Of a stretch of 64,000 nucleotides of DNA, positions 35,797-44,225 are shown piece after piece; the stretch's first letter is position 1; the number at the start of each line of letters is the position of its first letter. Under the pieces are notes generated by a model. The model was not told where the DNA came from, did no database searches, and saw nothing but the letters and a program-made list of their open reading frames with translations. The position numbers were made by a program, and so were the translations under genes. Where the stretch lies: positions 90,391 through 154,390 of the forward strand of contig MGHG01000009.1 of the NCBI GenBank assembly GCA_001793095.1, read 5' to 3'. This stretch comes from Candidatus Woesebacteria bacterium RIFCSPLOWO2_01_FULL_39_23. GTDB lineage: Bacteria > Patescibacteriota > Microgenomatia > UBA8517.

Positions 35797-36060
35797 TTAT
35801 GATAAGGAATGCATTCCATTCGGATGAATTTTTTCTAGAGCTTCAATTTGATCACTATGCTTTGATTGTCTTTCTGATACTATGTCCATAGACCCTTCGA
35901 GATTGTCAAGTTTTTTTAGTATTTTTACGGTTTGTTCATAAAAGTCATCTTTAGTAGGAAGGTATTTTAGGTCGTCTTTTCTAACAAGTGTTTCGTCTTC
36001 GCTAATTGTTACTTTTATTAAATCCTTTATATTGTTTAGATCTTTATTTGTAAGACTCAT
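35797..36060 (-). CDS. Small coiled-coil protein (paralog of 37104-37313)
   Basis: Shared TxxDLxxIxxxI...TKDDF...LxKLDxI pattern with the plus-strand ORF at 37104. Confidence 0.35.
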   Translation of the reverse strand: MSLTNKDLNNIKDLIKVTISEDETLVRKDDLKYLPTKDDFYEQTVKILKKLDNLEGSMDIVSERQSKHSDQIEALEKIHPNGMHSLS

Positions 36061-36233
36061 GTTTTAATTTATGACATTTTATCTTTTTCGTCAATGATTA
36101 GTTCGGAATAATTTGATATTCAAAAGTTATAAAATCGTCCCCCACCAGAGGCGGGTGGGCACCACGCACCCCGATAAAATTAAACTTCTAACATTTGTGT
36201 ATACCCTTGATGTAGAGATATAATACCCCAAAT

Positions 36234-36536
36234 ATGCTAGAACGTACGCGTATTCCTCAACCCAAGGAACCAATTAAGAGAGTGAAAGGATTACCAGAAG
36301 ATAGACAGTGTTTAAAATTTCCAGGGTATCTGTGTAATTGTGTAATGTCGGATACCGATTTAAGAAAAAAAATACTTAGAGAACTTAGACAGGAATTAGG
36401 TGTTTATTCATTTATAAATTTGCTTGATACGGGTGTTGCAGAAATGTATGAAGATAGAAGAAAAAAACTATGCGAAGGTGAACCCCCAAAACTTATACAG
36501 AGAATTAAAAACTTTTTAACTATACGAATTGTTTAG
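36234..36536 (+). CDS. Hypothetical protein
   Basis: 100 aa ORF in the islet. Confidence 0.25.
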   Translation: MLERTRIPQPKEPIKRVKGLPEDRQCLKFPGYLCNCVMSDTDLRKKILRELRQELGVYSFINLLDTGVAEMYEDRRKKLCEGEPPKLIQRIKNFLTIRIV

Positions 36537-36715
36537 GAATAATTTGTAAATTTATTAGTTTCCCAATATCTTCAAAAGAAATAACAAATTCAACTTCTCT
36601 GGTTCTAAATAAGTCTGTTAAGCGACCTCAATCTATTTAATTTATAGTAAATCAATTGGAAAAATAGAGTTTCTGTGATATGATGTAGTCTAAAATTAGA
36701 ACTCGAAGAGAAAGA

Positions 36716-36922
36716 ATGGAAGAGATATCGGGAGATGCTGTTAGTAAACTAACTAATGACCCTGATGTTAAGGCTGACGCAATAAACTTATTTATGAGTT
36801 ATGTAGGTGTAAGAAGTTATCAACATGCTGTGGAAATTGCAATAGAAAGAAAAAATGTAGCTACTGGTGGAACACCTACTTTGCATAAACAATTATTCCC
36901 AGGATTAGATATACCCCGTTAA
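36716..36922 (+). CDS. Hypothetical small protein
   Basis: 68 aa ORF. Confidence 0.2.
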   Translation: MEEISGDAVSKLTNDPDVKADAINLFMSYVGVRSYQHAVEIAIERKNVATGGTPTLHKQLFPGLDIPR

Positions 36923-37103
36923 ATTATTAGAATTTTCTGAAAGAAGTTAAGCCCTTAATATCTCCTATTCTTTCGAATCTGCGGCTAAATTAGTTCGAAC
37001 GTCGATTAATGGACGACTAAAGGTTTCTATCTTTAAACAACAAGACTAGTTATGTCATTTTAACATTCTTGACTTTGTTTAAATAAAACGCTTTAATCTA
37101 ACC

Positions 37104-37313
37104 ATGGCAATAACTCAAAGAGATTTAGACGAAATTGAAAATAGATTAAGTGAAACGTTTGTTACAAAAGATGACTTCACTGAATATAAAAGTGAATTAT
37201 TTAATAAATTAGATGAGATTGTAAAGAATACTTCAGATACTAACCGAGAAGTTGAATTAATTGAAAATAGAGTAACTAATATTGAAACGAAACTTCAGGT
37301 TACAGCAGAATAG
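37104..37313 (+). CDS. Small coiled-coil protein (paralog of 35797-36060, opposite strand)
   Basis: A paralogous pair in inverted orientation. Confidence 0.35.
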   Translation: MAITQRDLDEIENRLSETFVTKDDFTEYKSELFNKLDEIVKNTSDTNREVELIENRVTNIETKLQVTAE

Positions 37314-37452
37314 AAAGTTTTAAAATCGTAGTTCGGTTTTACTCACCATTGTAATCCCCCCTCGATTCCTTTGACTGAGCACAAGATCAAGATTCGTTCA
37401 GCATATTTGGCGTGGGGGTAAGTTACCAGGCAGTAGGTTAAGTCTTTTGAGC

Positions 37453-37776
37453 TTAGTTTTTACGAACGATGATTCTTTTCCAGTCAGAGAAGGATAACCC
37501 TTGGAGAATTCCACCCACTAAATAACCTTTTGCAAAAATATTATCGAGAAAATTGATGTTGAAAGTTAAAGTAATAACCAGAACAATAGTAAAATAAAGC
37601 CAATGGTGCAGGTGCAGTGTTTTGTTTTTAAAATGTATGTGAATTTCCGGGCTGAATTGAAAAAACTTTATTTTCATGAGCGGAAGTTTTTTATTAATAA
37701 TGTCTCCTTCCTTTGATATCAATTTGCTTAGAATATACCCCAGCATCAGTGCAAATATGAAGATAATAATATTCAT
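37453..37776 (-). CDS. Small membrane protein (3 TM)
   Basis: 107 aa hydrophobic ORF. Confidence 0.3.
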   Translation of the reverse strand: MNIIIFIFALMLGYILSKLISKEGDIINKKLPLMKIKFFQFSPEIHIHFKNKTLHLHHWLYFTIVLVITLTFNINFLDNIFAKGYLVGGILQGLSFSDWKRIIVRKN

Positions 37777-38168
37777 TAGATGTGTTTAATAGTACCATAT
37801 AATAAAAAGATTTAATTAATATATTCGCTAATTAATAAAATTTCAATTCATACTTTCAATATCATGAAAGTTGCAATAATATTTCCTCACGTATTAAATA
37901 AGCAAGATATCAATTAAAATAAGCATGTATTGCTCTATTGTTATATAGCAATAGAGCAATGTAACTTAACAAATTTGAATTAGCTGAATGCTTTAAAGTT
38001 TTACTTTAGTGAGTTTTGTGGGGTCTTTGTAGAATGTTACTGTCCTAATTTCATTACAATATTGTCGTCTAATCTTTCGGCGAGGCTTCCGAAAATACCG
38101 GGACTTTTTCTTAAAACAATGGCGGTATTTCCCAAATTAAAATAAGAATGTATTTTATCTTTATCTCC

Positions 38169-38381
38169 TTATGAACTGTAAAGTATATTTGTTATCAAGC
38201 CGTTGGAACACTGATTTACTATTGCTTCATCTTGCATACTTGACAGTACATCTTTAGCATCTTCCTGGTCAATTCGACTATCAGCTGCTGCATTTCTAAT
38301 TTGCAAAACTTTTTTGGGTCCTGTGCAAATGCTGTTTTCATTCATAAAACAACGTTTATTACAATATTCCTTATCTGACAT
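38169..38381 (-). CDS. Hypothetical Cys-containing small protein
   Basis: 70 aa. Copy D of the structured element lies just upstream, co-oriented. Confidence 0.25.
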   Translation of the reverse strand: MSDKEYCNKRCFMNENSICTGPKKVLQIRNAAADSRIDQEDAKDVLSSMQDEAIVNQCSNGLITNILYSS

Positions 38382-38556
38382 AATGCTATATTGCTACACC
38401 TATAGAAGAAGTTCAAGTAGTTTAATTATTGACTCGGTAGGTTAAGTAAACGGTGATGAAAAGGTGCATTATTAAAAAAATTAGAGCGGGAGATCTTCTG
38501 ACAAGCTCCTTCTTTACTACTCTTTTATCAAAATAATCCATTAACTTTAGTGCTGA

Positions 38557-38667
38557 GGTTATAACAGCGTTCAAGAAAACTCCGCTCTTCAGGGCGGAGA
38601 TGAATTGAACTCTGATATATCGTCCTCCTTAGAGAAACCCCGCCCTTGAGGGCGGGGAGGACGTCAT
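38557..38667 (-). repeat. Modular structured intergenic element, copy D (minus orientation, lacks the central palindromic module)
   Basis: The reverse complement reads GACGTCCTCCCCGCCCTCAAGGGCGGGGTTTCTCTAAGGAGGACG ATATATCAG AGTTCAATTCATCTCCGCCCTGAAGAGCGGAGTTTCTTGAACGCTGTTATAACC. This aligns module-by-module with copy B. Confidence 0.6.
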
Positions 38668-38993
38668 TTAGAATCCTGCCAGAGACAATACATCGCAACA
38701 ACCCATATTCTCTCCTCAGGATGGCTCCAAGAACCATTTCCTCCTTCTACAAAATATTTATAAGTGCCGCCTTCTTTATCTCTTTTAATTTTCATCAATC
38801 GGCCTCCCCGATCAATTCCTTGAACCGTCTCTGCTCCCCTTACAAAACGCCTTCTTAAGGCCTGTGACGCACGCTCATAGGCGTTCATATCGTCCATTAG
38901 CCTCTTTGCGGTTTTATCTAAACTATCAGCGCTGGTGATGTCTAGTGAGTTTAAATAATTCGAGGTTTTAGGAAATGTTTTATGTAAATCCAT
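38664..38993 (-). CDS. Hypothetical protein
   Basis: 109 aa ORF. Confidence 0.3.
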   Translation of the reverse strand: MDLHKTFPKTSNYLNSLDITSADSLDKTAKRLMDDMNAYERASQALRRRFVRGAETVQGIDRGGRLMKIKRDKEGGTYKYFVEGGNGSWSHPEERIWVVAMYCLWQDSK

Positions 38994-39008
38994 ATTCAGG
39001 CGATTATA

Positions 39009-40328
39009 TCACTTTCTTTCAAGATTATACCAGTTTGGATGATATAAAAAGATTGCCGGTGCATCTTCCAAGAGGTATTTTTGAAAGTCCAAATATATTC
39101 GTTTTCTTTCTTCGAAATTTTCTTGTGTACGGCCATCTTCCAGAAGTTTGTCAATTCGTGGATTTTTATATTTTGTAATGTTCGTATCGATTTGTGTTGA
39201 ATGCCAAAGAGTGTATTGATCTGGGTCGGTTGGTATATCGAAAATAGTAAGATAAGCCTGATAGTCGGTGGGAATAACCGAACTGACTAAGGCTTGGCCG
39301 TCAACCCCGACATCCTTCCAGTCTTTAACAATTTTTTCTGCGATGCCGATTAACGATGGAGTGCTCACGAGCTTAACATTTAGTTTGCTTCTTACTTCTT
39401 TTGGGAGAGCGGTGATGATTTCTCTTGAACGAGCTGGGTCATAGTCGTAGAGTTTCACCTGGGGATTGAAAGCAAACGAATTTGGGTCAATAGGACTTAT
39501 TGCACGCTCAGATGAAAGAATGTCTTTATTGATAGCGTAACTTAAAGCTTGTCTTATGTTTTTTTCCGAAAGTACTGGGTCTTGAGTATTGAAAAATATT
39601 ACTACGGCTTCATGTTTATTTACGATATTTGTGACTTTAGAGTTAATCCATTTGTCAAAAGGTTGCGGATTTAAAACGTTAACCATTTTGTTTATCTCAC
39701 CCATTTTATATGCGAACTTAACTTGATCTTCGGATGGATAGAATTTATATATAATTTTGGATTTACCTTTTATTAATATAATTTTTTGTATATATTCCCC
39801 CGTAACCGTAATTTTATCTACTTTCCACGATCCCGTACCCAATAAACCCTTTTTAAAAACAGGACGCGAAACGACTGATGGAAATGCAATGTAGGGCTCT
39901 TTCAAGTTAAAAATTATAGTGTCCGAGGAGGGATATGTAACATTGACTTCAGAAAAATTATATTTAATGTCTTGACTTTGTAAGGGTTTGCCATCGTGCC
40001 AATAGACGCTTTCATTTAATTTAAATTTCCATGTTTTACCCTTATCATCAGTTCCCCACGATATCGCAAGTCCCGGCTGAGGAATGCCTTTATCATCTAT
40101 TTTAGTTAACCCCAATCCTATCGTGTTTAAGATGTCATCTGGAAGCGTATTTACATGAAATCTGCCTGTAATACCGATAACCTCGGTTTTTGTACTTATT
40201 ACAAGTGGGGAAATAAAGATATATAAAAATAGAATGATAATTCCAGCGAAGGAGCTTAACAAAATTATACCCTTATACCTACTTAAAAACGCCAATAATA
40301 ATCTTAAATAGTAACGAAGTATATGCAT
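39009..40328 (-). CDS. ABC-transporter solute-binding protein, family 5 (peptide/nickel type), short form
   Basis: N-terminal TM/signal, then ...ISWGTDDKGKTWKFKLNESVYWHDGKPL... typical of SBP_bac_5. Confidence 0.5.
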   Translation of the reverse strand: MHILRYYLRLLLAFLSRYKGIILLSSFAGIIILFLYIFISPLVISTKTEVIGITGRFHVNTLPDDILNTIGLGLTKIDDKGIPQPGLAISWGTDDKGKTWKFKLNESVYWHDGKPLQSQDIKYNFSEVNVTYPSSDTIIFNLKEPYIAFPSVVSRPVFKKGLLGTGSWKVDKITVTGEYIQKIILIKGKSKIIYKFYPSEDQVKFAYKMGEINKMVNVLNPQPFDKWINSKVTNIVNKHEAVVIFFNTQDPVLSEKNIRQALSYAINKDILSSERAISPIDPNSFAFNPQVKLYDYDPARSREIITALPKEVRSKLNVKLVSTPSLIGIAEKIVKDWKDVGVDGQALVSSVIPTDYQAYLTIFDIPTDPDQYTLWHSTQIDTNITKYKNPRIDKLLEDGRTQENFEERKRIYLDFQKYLLEDAPAIFLYHPNWYNLERK

Positions 40329-40350
40329 TTAAATAAAGGCTTATTAATAT

Positions 40351-40563
40351 TTAAAGGGTTGTTTGCAGGATTGAAATGATTATAAATAAGCCTACAGTAA
40401 TAAATGTAAATTTGAATAAGGCTTTTTCTAATCCCCGCCTTGAAAATGAAACGCTGCTTCCTCCCCAAACCCGACCTAATCCTGTACCTTTGTTTTGAAT
40501 TAAAATAAAAATTATTAAAAGAATAGAAATTATTATTTGTATTGCAATAATTATGTTTTGCAT
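40351..40563 (-). CDS. secG: Preprotein translocase subunit SecG
   Basis: 70 aa with two TM helices and a central glycine-rich loop (KGTGLGRVWGGSS). Confidence 0.6.
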   Translation of the reverse strand: MQNIIIAIQIIISILLIIFILIQNKGTGLGRVWGGSSVSFSRRGLEKALFKFTFITVGLFIIISILQTTL

Positions 40564-40582
40564 ATTCGAATTATATACCTTT

Positions 40583-40984
40583 TCATTTTATTAGCCAATA
40601 AATTGCTGAGCTGGTTAAAGAAAGTAAAAATGAAAAACCGATAAACGCGCCGATGCCTTGTAGATTAATTTGAGGAATGTCGATCCATTTTGTTGATAAT
40701 GCTGAAAAGTAAAAGGCTATTACTTTAAAACCGGGTACGAGAAGAGTTGCAAGGTATATTACAACAGATGACGCGACCCATCTGAAAAGTCCGAAAGTAA
40801 CTAAATTAATAGGTAATAAAAGTATGTTAATTATTGGTTTTGCGATCAAAGAAACGGTCGTAATTGCTATGCCAGTAAGTAGGAATGTTTTTGCTCCGCC
40901 GGCAAATTCAAGACCAGTTGCAAGTTGGGAGACGAGATATAGACAAAATGTGTCGATAACAAAATGCCTTAATATTCTTTTCAC
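40583..40984 (-). CDS. Four-TM membrane protein (phage-holin-4_2/DUF-like)
   Basis: 133 aa with a hydrophobic periodicity. The assignment is tentative. Confidence 0.3.
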   Translation of the reverse strand: MKRILRHFVIDTFCLYLVSQLATGLEFAGGAKTFLLTGIAITTVSLIAKPIINILLLPINLVTFGLFRWVASSVVIYLATLLVPGFKVIAFYFSALSTKWIDIPQINLQGIGAFIGFSFLLSLTSSAIYWLIK

Positions 40985-41038
40985 TAATACATTATCAGGC
41001 TTTTTTTTTAAAAAAGAAAGTCGGGCAAAGAAAATTAT

Positions 41039-42364
41039 TTAATTTTGTAATAAAGCTTTCGATAATAATAAATGGTGATATCTTCGTGCGAAACGGTGAG
41101 CTTCGTTTCTAATTCTTTGGACGAGATATTTTGCCGGCGGAGATGCTTTTATCAGCTGGAATCTGTATTTATCGAAAGATTTTATCGGTATAACGAGCAT
41201 TTCTTCTCTTTTGGCGATACCGAAAACAGGTATGGCGTACTCAGAAAAAATGGTGTTCATCGCAGACGCTTGAGATTTTCCTCCATCGACCAACACTAAA
41301 TCAGGCTTACCCCACTTTTTAAAATATTTCAGTCTTCTACCGGCAACTTCACTTAAAGAACTAATGTCGTTATCACCACGGTTTCGTCTTATTTTAAAGT
41401 GCCTGTATAGTTTTTTTTCCGGAACCCCCCCAATAAAAGTAACCATTGAAGCCGCAGGGTAGGAGGAAGCAAGGTGTGCAACATCGTAACATTCAATTCG
41501 ATTAATTTTATCGACTTTAATGTAATTATGTAATATCCGATGTAAATGCTCTAATTCGAAGTTAATAATATCTTCCGCAAAGTTAGGGTTTTTTATAAAT
41601 TCATCGATTTGATTTATCGGCTGGGTAAGGTAATCCAATCTTTTTATTTTTTCTCTGACCCGTATGGCATTCTCATAATCGTTTAAAGTAGAATACTCGT
41701 CCATTTCGGATTTTAGATCTTTTATAACTCTTGAAAATTTACCCGATAAAATAGTTTTTACAGATTTGATATTAGTCAAATATAACCTTTTCTGAAATAA
41801 TATTTCTTCACCATTTTCCAAATTTTCTATATCATTTGGACACGGATTACAAAGTTTTATTTGCTTATACAGGCATGCTTTATGTCCTATTGTATGTTGA
41901 GAAAAAGGAAATATTTTTCTCAACATTTTAAGTGTGGAATAAATTGCGGTGGAGTTAGGAAACGGTCCGAAGAGTGCGAGAGACGGTAGTGTATCGTTTT
42001 TTCGAACGGTTAATATTCTCGGGTATTTTTCTTTCGTAATTTTTATATAAAGAGGGTGTTTGTCGTCTTTGAGGGCTGAGTTGTAAAAAGGGTCCAATTT
42101 TCTTACCATTTTTGCTTCTAATAAAAGTGACTCAAGTTCACTCATGACTTGTATTATGGATAGATGGTCTGCTTTGGATATCATTTCTTTTGTTTTAGGT
42201 AATAGTTTATTTCCGTAGTATGATCGGAGTCTGGCTTTGAGGTTTTTTGCTTTGCCAACATATAAAGCAACATGTTTTTTATCTGAAAATATATATATTC
42301 CGGGACCTTCCGGGAGGGTAGAAAGATTAATTTCAGATAAATTAATATTAATGAATCCTCGCAT
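41039..42364 (-). CDS. uvrC: Excinuclease ABC subunit C, short form lacking the C-terminal (HhH)2
   Basis: GIY-YIG (GIYIFSDKKHVALYVGKAKNLKARL), Cys-rich CLYKQIKLCNPC and RNase-H-like DLVLVDGGKSQ. 441 aa. Its stop overlaps the start of the upstream operon gene. Confidence 0.7.
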   Translation of the reverse strand: MRGFININLSEINLSTLPEGPGIYIFSDKKHVALYVGKAKNLKARLRSYYGNKLLPKTKEMISKADHLSIIQVMSELESLLLEAKMVRKLDPFYNSALKDDKHPLYIKITKEKYPRILTVRKNDTLPSLALFGPFPNSTAIYSTLKMLRKIFPFSQHTIGHKACLYKQIKLCNPCPNDIENLENGEEILFQKRLYLTNIKSVKTILSGKFSRVIKDLKSEMDEYSTLNDYENAIRVREKIKRLDYLTQPINQIDEFIKNPNFAEDIINFELEHLHRILHNYIKVDKINRIECYDVAHLASSYPAASMVTFIGGVPEKKLYRHFKIRRNRGDNDISSLSEVAGRRLKYFKKWGKPDLVLVDGGKSQASAMNTIFSEYAIPVFGIAKREEMLVIPIKSFDKYRFQLIKASPPAKYLVQRIRNEAHRFARRYHHLLLSKALLQN

Positions 42365-44225
42365 GCTTTTTTTTGTTAATTTTAACTAAAGATGTAAAAA
42401 TAACTACGATAAAGAACAAAAACATGCTTATAATTTGAAAGAGTAAGTCCTGATTGTGTAGAGTTGGAATTTCGATGGATTTATTATACGCTTCGACTTT
42501 AATTACTTTAGGTGTTTTTTTTGCTAACAATGAAAAAGGAATGGTTAAATTTTTTTGATAATTGCCAAAAGGCGGTAGTGTTTCAATACCGATGTCTTCA
42601 AAGTGATTATTATCAAAATATATTTTTATAGACGTATTATAAACAGTAACTGAGCCGGTATTCTCTAATTTTAGATTTACCTTTCGGTCAACGAAAAACG
42701 TTTTACTGTAAGATCCCGTAACGGTGATATCTTCATGTCTGTCCGTGGGCAGTTGACTGAATCCTACAAAAACATCCTTTTGTGGGTTACTGCCAAGTTT
42801 ATATGAGCCTGCAGATACAGGACTTTCTGAACTTACGCCATGAATAACAAAAGCGAAGTGCCTTAAATCAAATTTATTAAAGTAATCTATCCCGCTTGTT
42901 GATCCCCAAGTTGGATCGACAGGGACCCAGGCTTTTAGTTCATCGTTCCAGTATTCGGGCCATGAATGCAGAACATCGTTAACAAGTGATAAGGGTTGTA
43001 TTTGCGGATTTTCAGTATAAGCGTAACCGTTTATCTCTCTCGCTGGAATACCAGCTGCTCGTGATAAGGTTATAAAAAGATCGGTAAATTCCATACATAT
43101 AGCGTTTTGTTTGTCAAAGAGAACTGCTTTCGCCCCCAATCTTTGAGTTTTTTCACTTATTTTTGCGGAATTGTACTTTAAATTTTGCGTCACAAAGTTG
43201 TAGATTGCTTCAGGGGTTTTAAGCTCTTTTGCGAGGTTTTGAATATTCGTATCGTCTACCTCCCAGTATTTTTGAGGTTTCAAATTTGCAAAAAGTTCAA
43301 TCGGCATCGGGGTTAAATATTTTCTCGGATTTGCAAACACTTGAACGTCACCACTAACCTCAACATCTATTCTCTCTTTGGGCTTAAGGTTATAAATGGC
43401 TATCCAATTTCCGTCTTTATCGGTAACAATATTTACGGGTTTTGGAGAAATGTTTGTGTAGTACATCCTTTGGTATGACGTGTCAGGCGGTATGCTAATT
43501 TCAACAGGATCATATTTATTTTTAGTGTTTTCTAAATGGTATCCCAACTTGAAAGAAAATACCTGAAATGTACCAAAGCCTGCAACTATCCCTGAGGTTT
43601 CCATATTTTTTTTGTTATACACATAAGTTAAGCTATTTTCTGTTTCAGATACTGTACCTGGATTAGGTGAAATATATGCTTCGTTGCCGAAAGACTTAGG
43701 AACGATAATCGATATTGAATAGTCTCTATAAGAGCCAGCATCACCCACCTTAGGAATCGAAATTTCCCAAACCTCCCCGGATTTCCGGGCGAAATTGTTT
43801 GATGTATAAATAATTTCAAGAAGTCTTTTTTTTCCTTTACCCACGACTTTATCATCGAAGTTAATCGTGAGCGTTAAATTATCCCCGTCTTTATTTTGTA
43901 TTACATTTAGTTCATGACCGTTTTCTATAGCCTTTAAGTCGCTTAGATTTATATTATTTAAATTGAGATTATATTGCAGCGAATACTTTTCTGTAACTTT
44001 ATTTTCTATTGTAATCTCATTTGTAACGCTAGTTTTTCCGTCGCCATTAATGGAATAAGAAATATGCAAATCAGCGTCAAAGTAATCATCGGCTAAGGCA
44101 ACGCTGGTAAATATAAAAAAATTAAATAAAAGAAATATTACTAAAGTTATTATTTTCTTATACATGTTAAAGTGTATTTGAGAGGAACTTTGCAGTGTGC
44201 GAACCTTTAATTTTTTTGATGTCAT
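42348..44225 (-). CDS. Transglutaminase-like (Cys-His-Asp) domain protein with N- and C-terminal TM
   Basis: Core CMEFTDLF..L.RAAGIPAR..NGY. 625 aa. Embedded in the uvrBA-uvrC operon. Confidence 0.55.
   Translation of the reverse strand: MTSKKLKVRTLQSSSQIHFNMYKKIITLVIFLLFNFFIFTSVALADDYFDADLHISYSINGDGKTSVTNEITIENKVTEKYSLQYNLNLNNINLSDLKAIENGHELNVIQNKDGDNLTLTINFDDKVVGKGKKRLLEIIYTSNNFARKSGEVWEISIPKVGDAGSYRDYSISIIVPKSFGNEAYISPNPGTVSETENSLTYVYNKKNMETSGIVAGFGTFQVFSFKLGYHLENTKNKYDPVEISIPPDTSYQRMYYTNISPKPVNIVTDKDGNWIAIYNLKPKERIDVEVSGDVQVFANPRKYLTPMPIELFANLKPQKYWEVDDTNIQNLAKELKTPEAIYNFVTQNLKYNSAKISEKTQRLGAKAVLFDKQNAICMEFTDLFITLSRAAGIPAREINGYAYTENPQIQPLSLVNDVLHSWPEYWNDELKAWVPVDPTWGSTSGIDYFNKFDLRHFAFVIHGVSSESPVSAGSYKLGSNPQKDVFVGFSQLPTDRHEDITVTGSYSKTFFVDRKVNLKLENTGSVTVYNTSIKIYFDNNHFEDIGIETLPPFGNYQKNLTIPFSLLAKKTPKVIKVEAYNKSIEIPTLHNQDLLFQIISMFLFFIVVIFTSLVKINKKKHARIH

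Noticed and set aside
38646-38858. 70-aa plus-strand ORF overlapping structured element copy D
   Set aside because: It starts inside the repeat element and overlaps a minus-strand ORF. It is probably not a gene.
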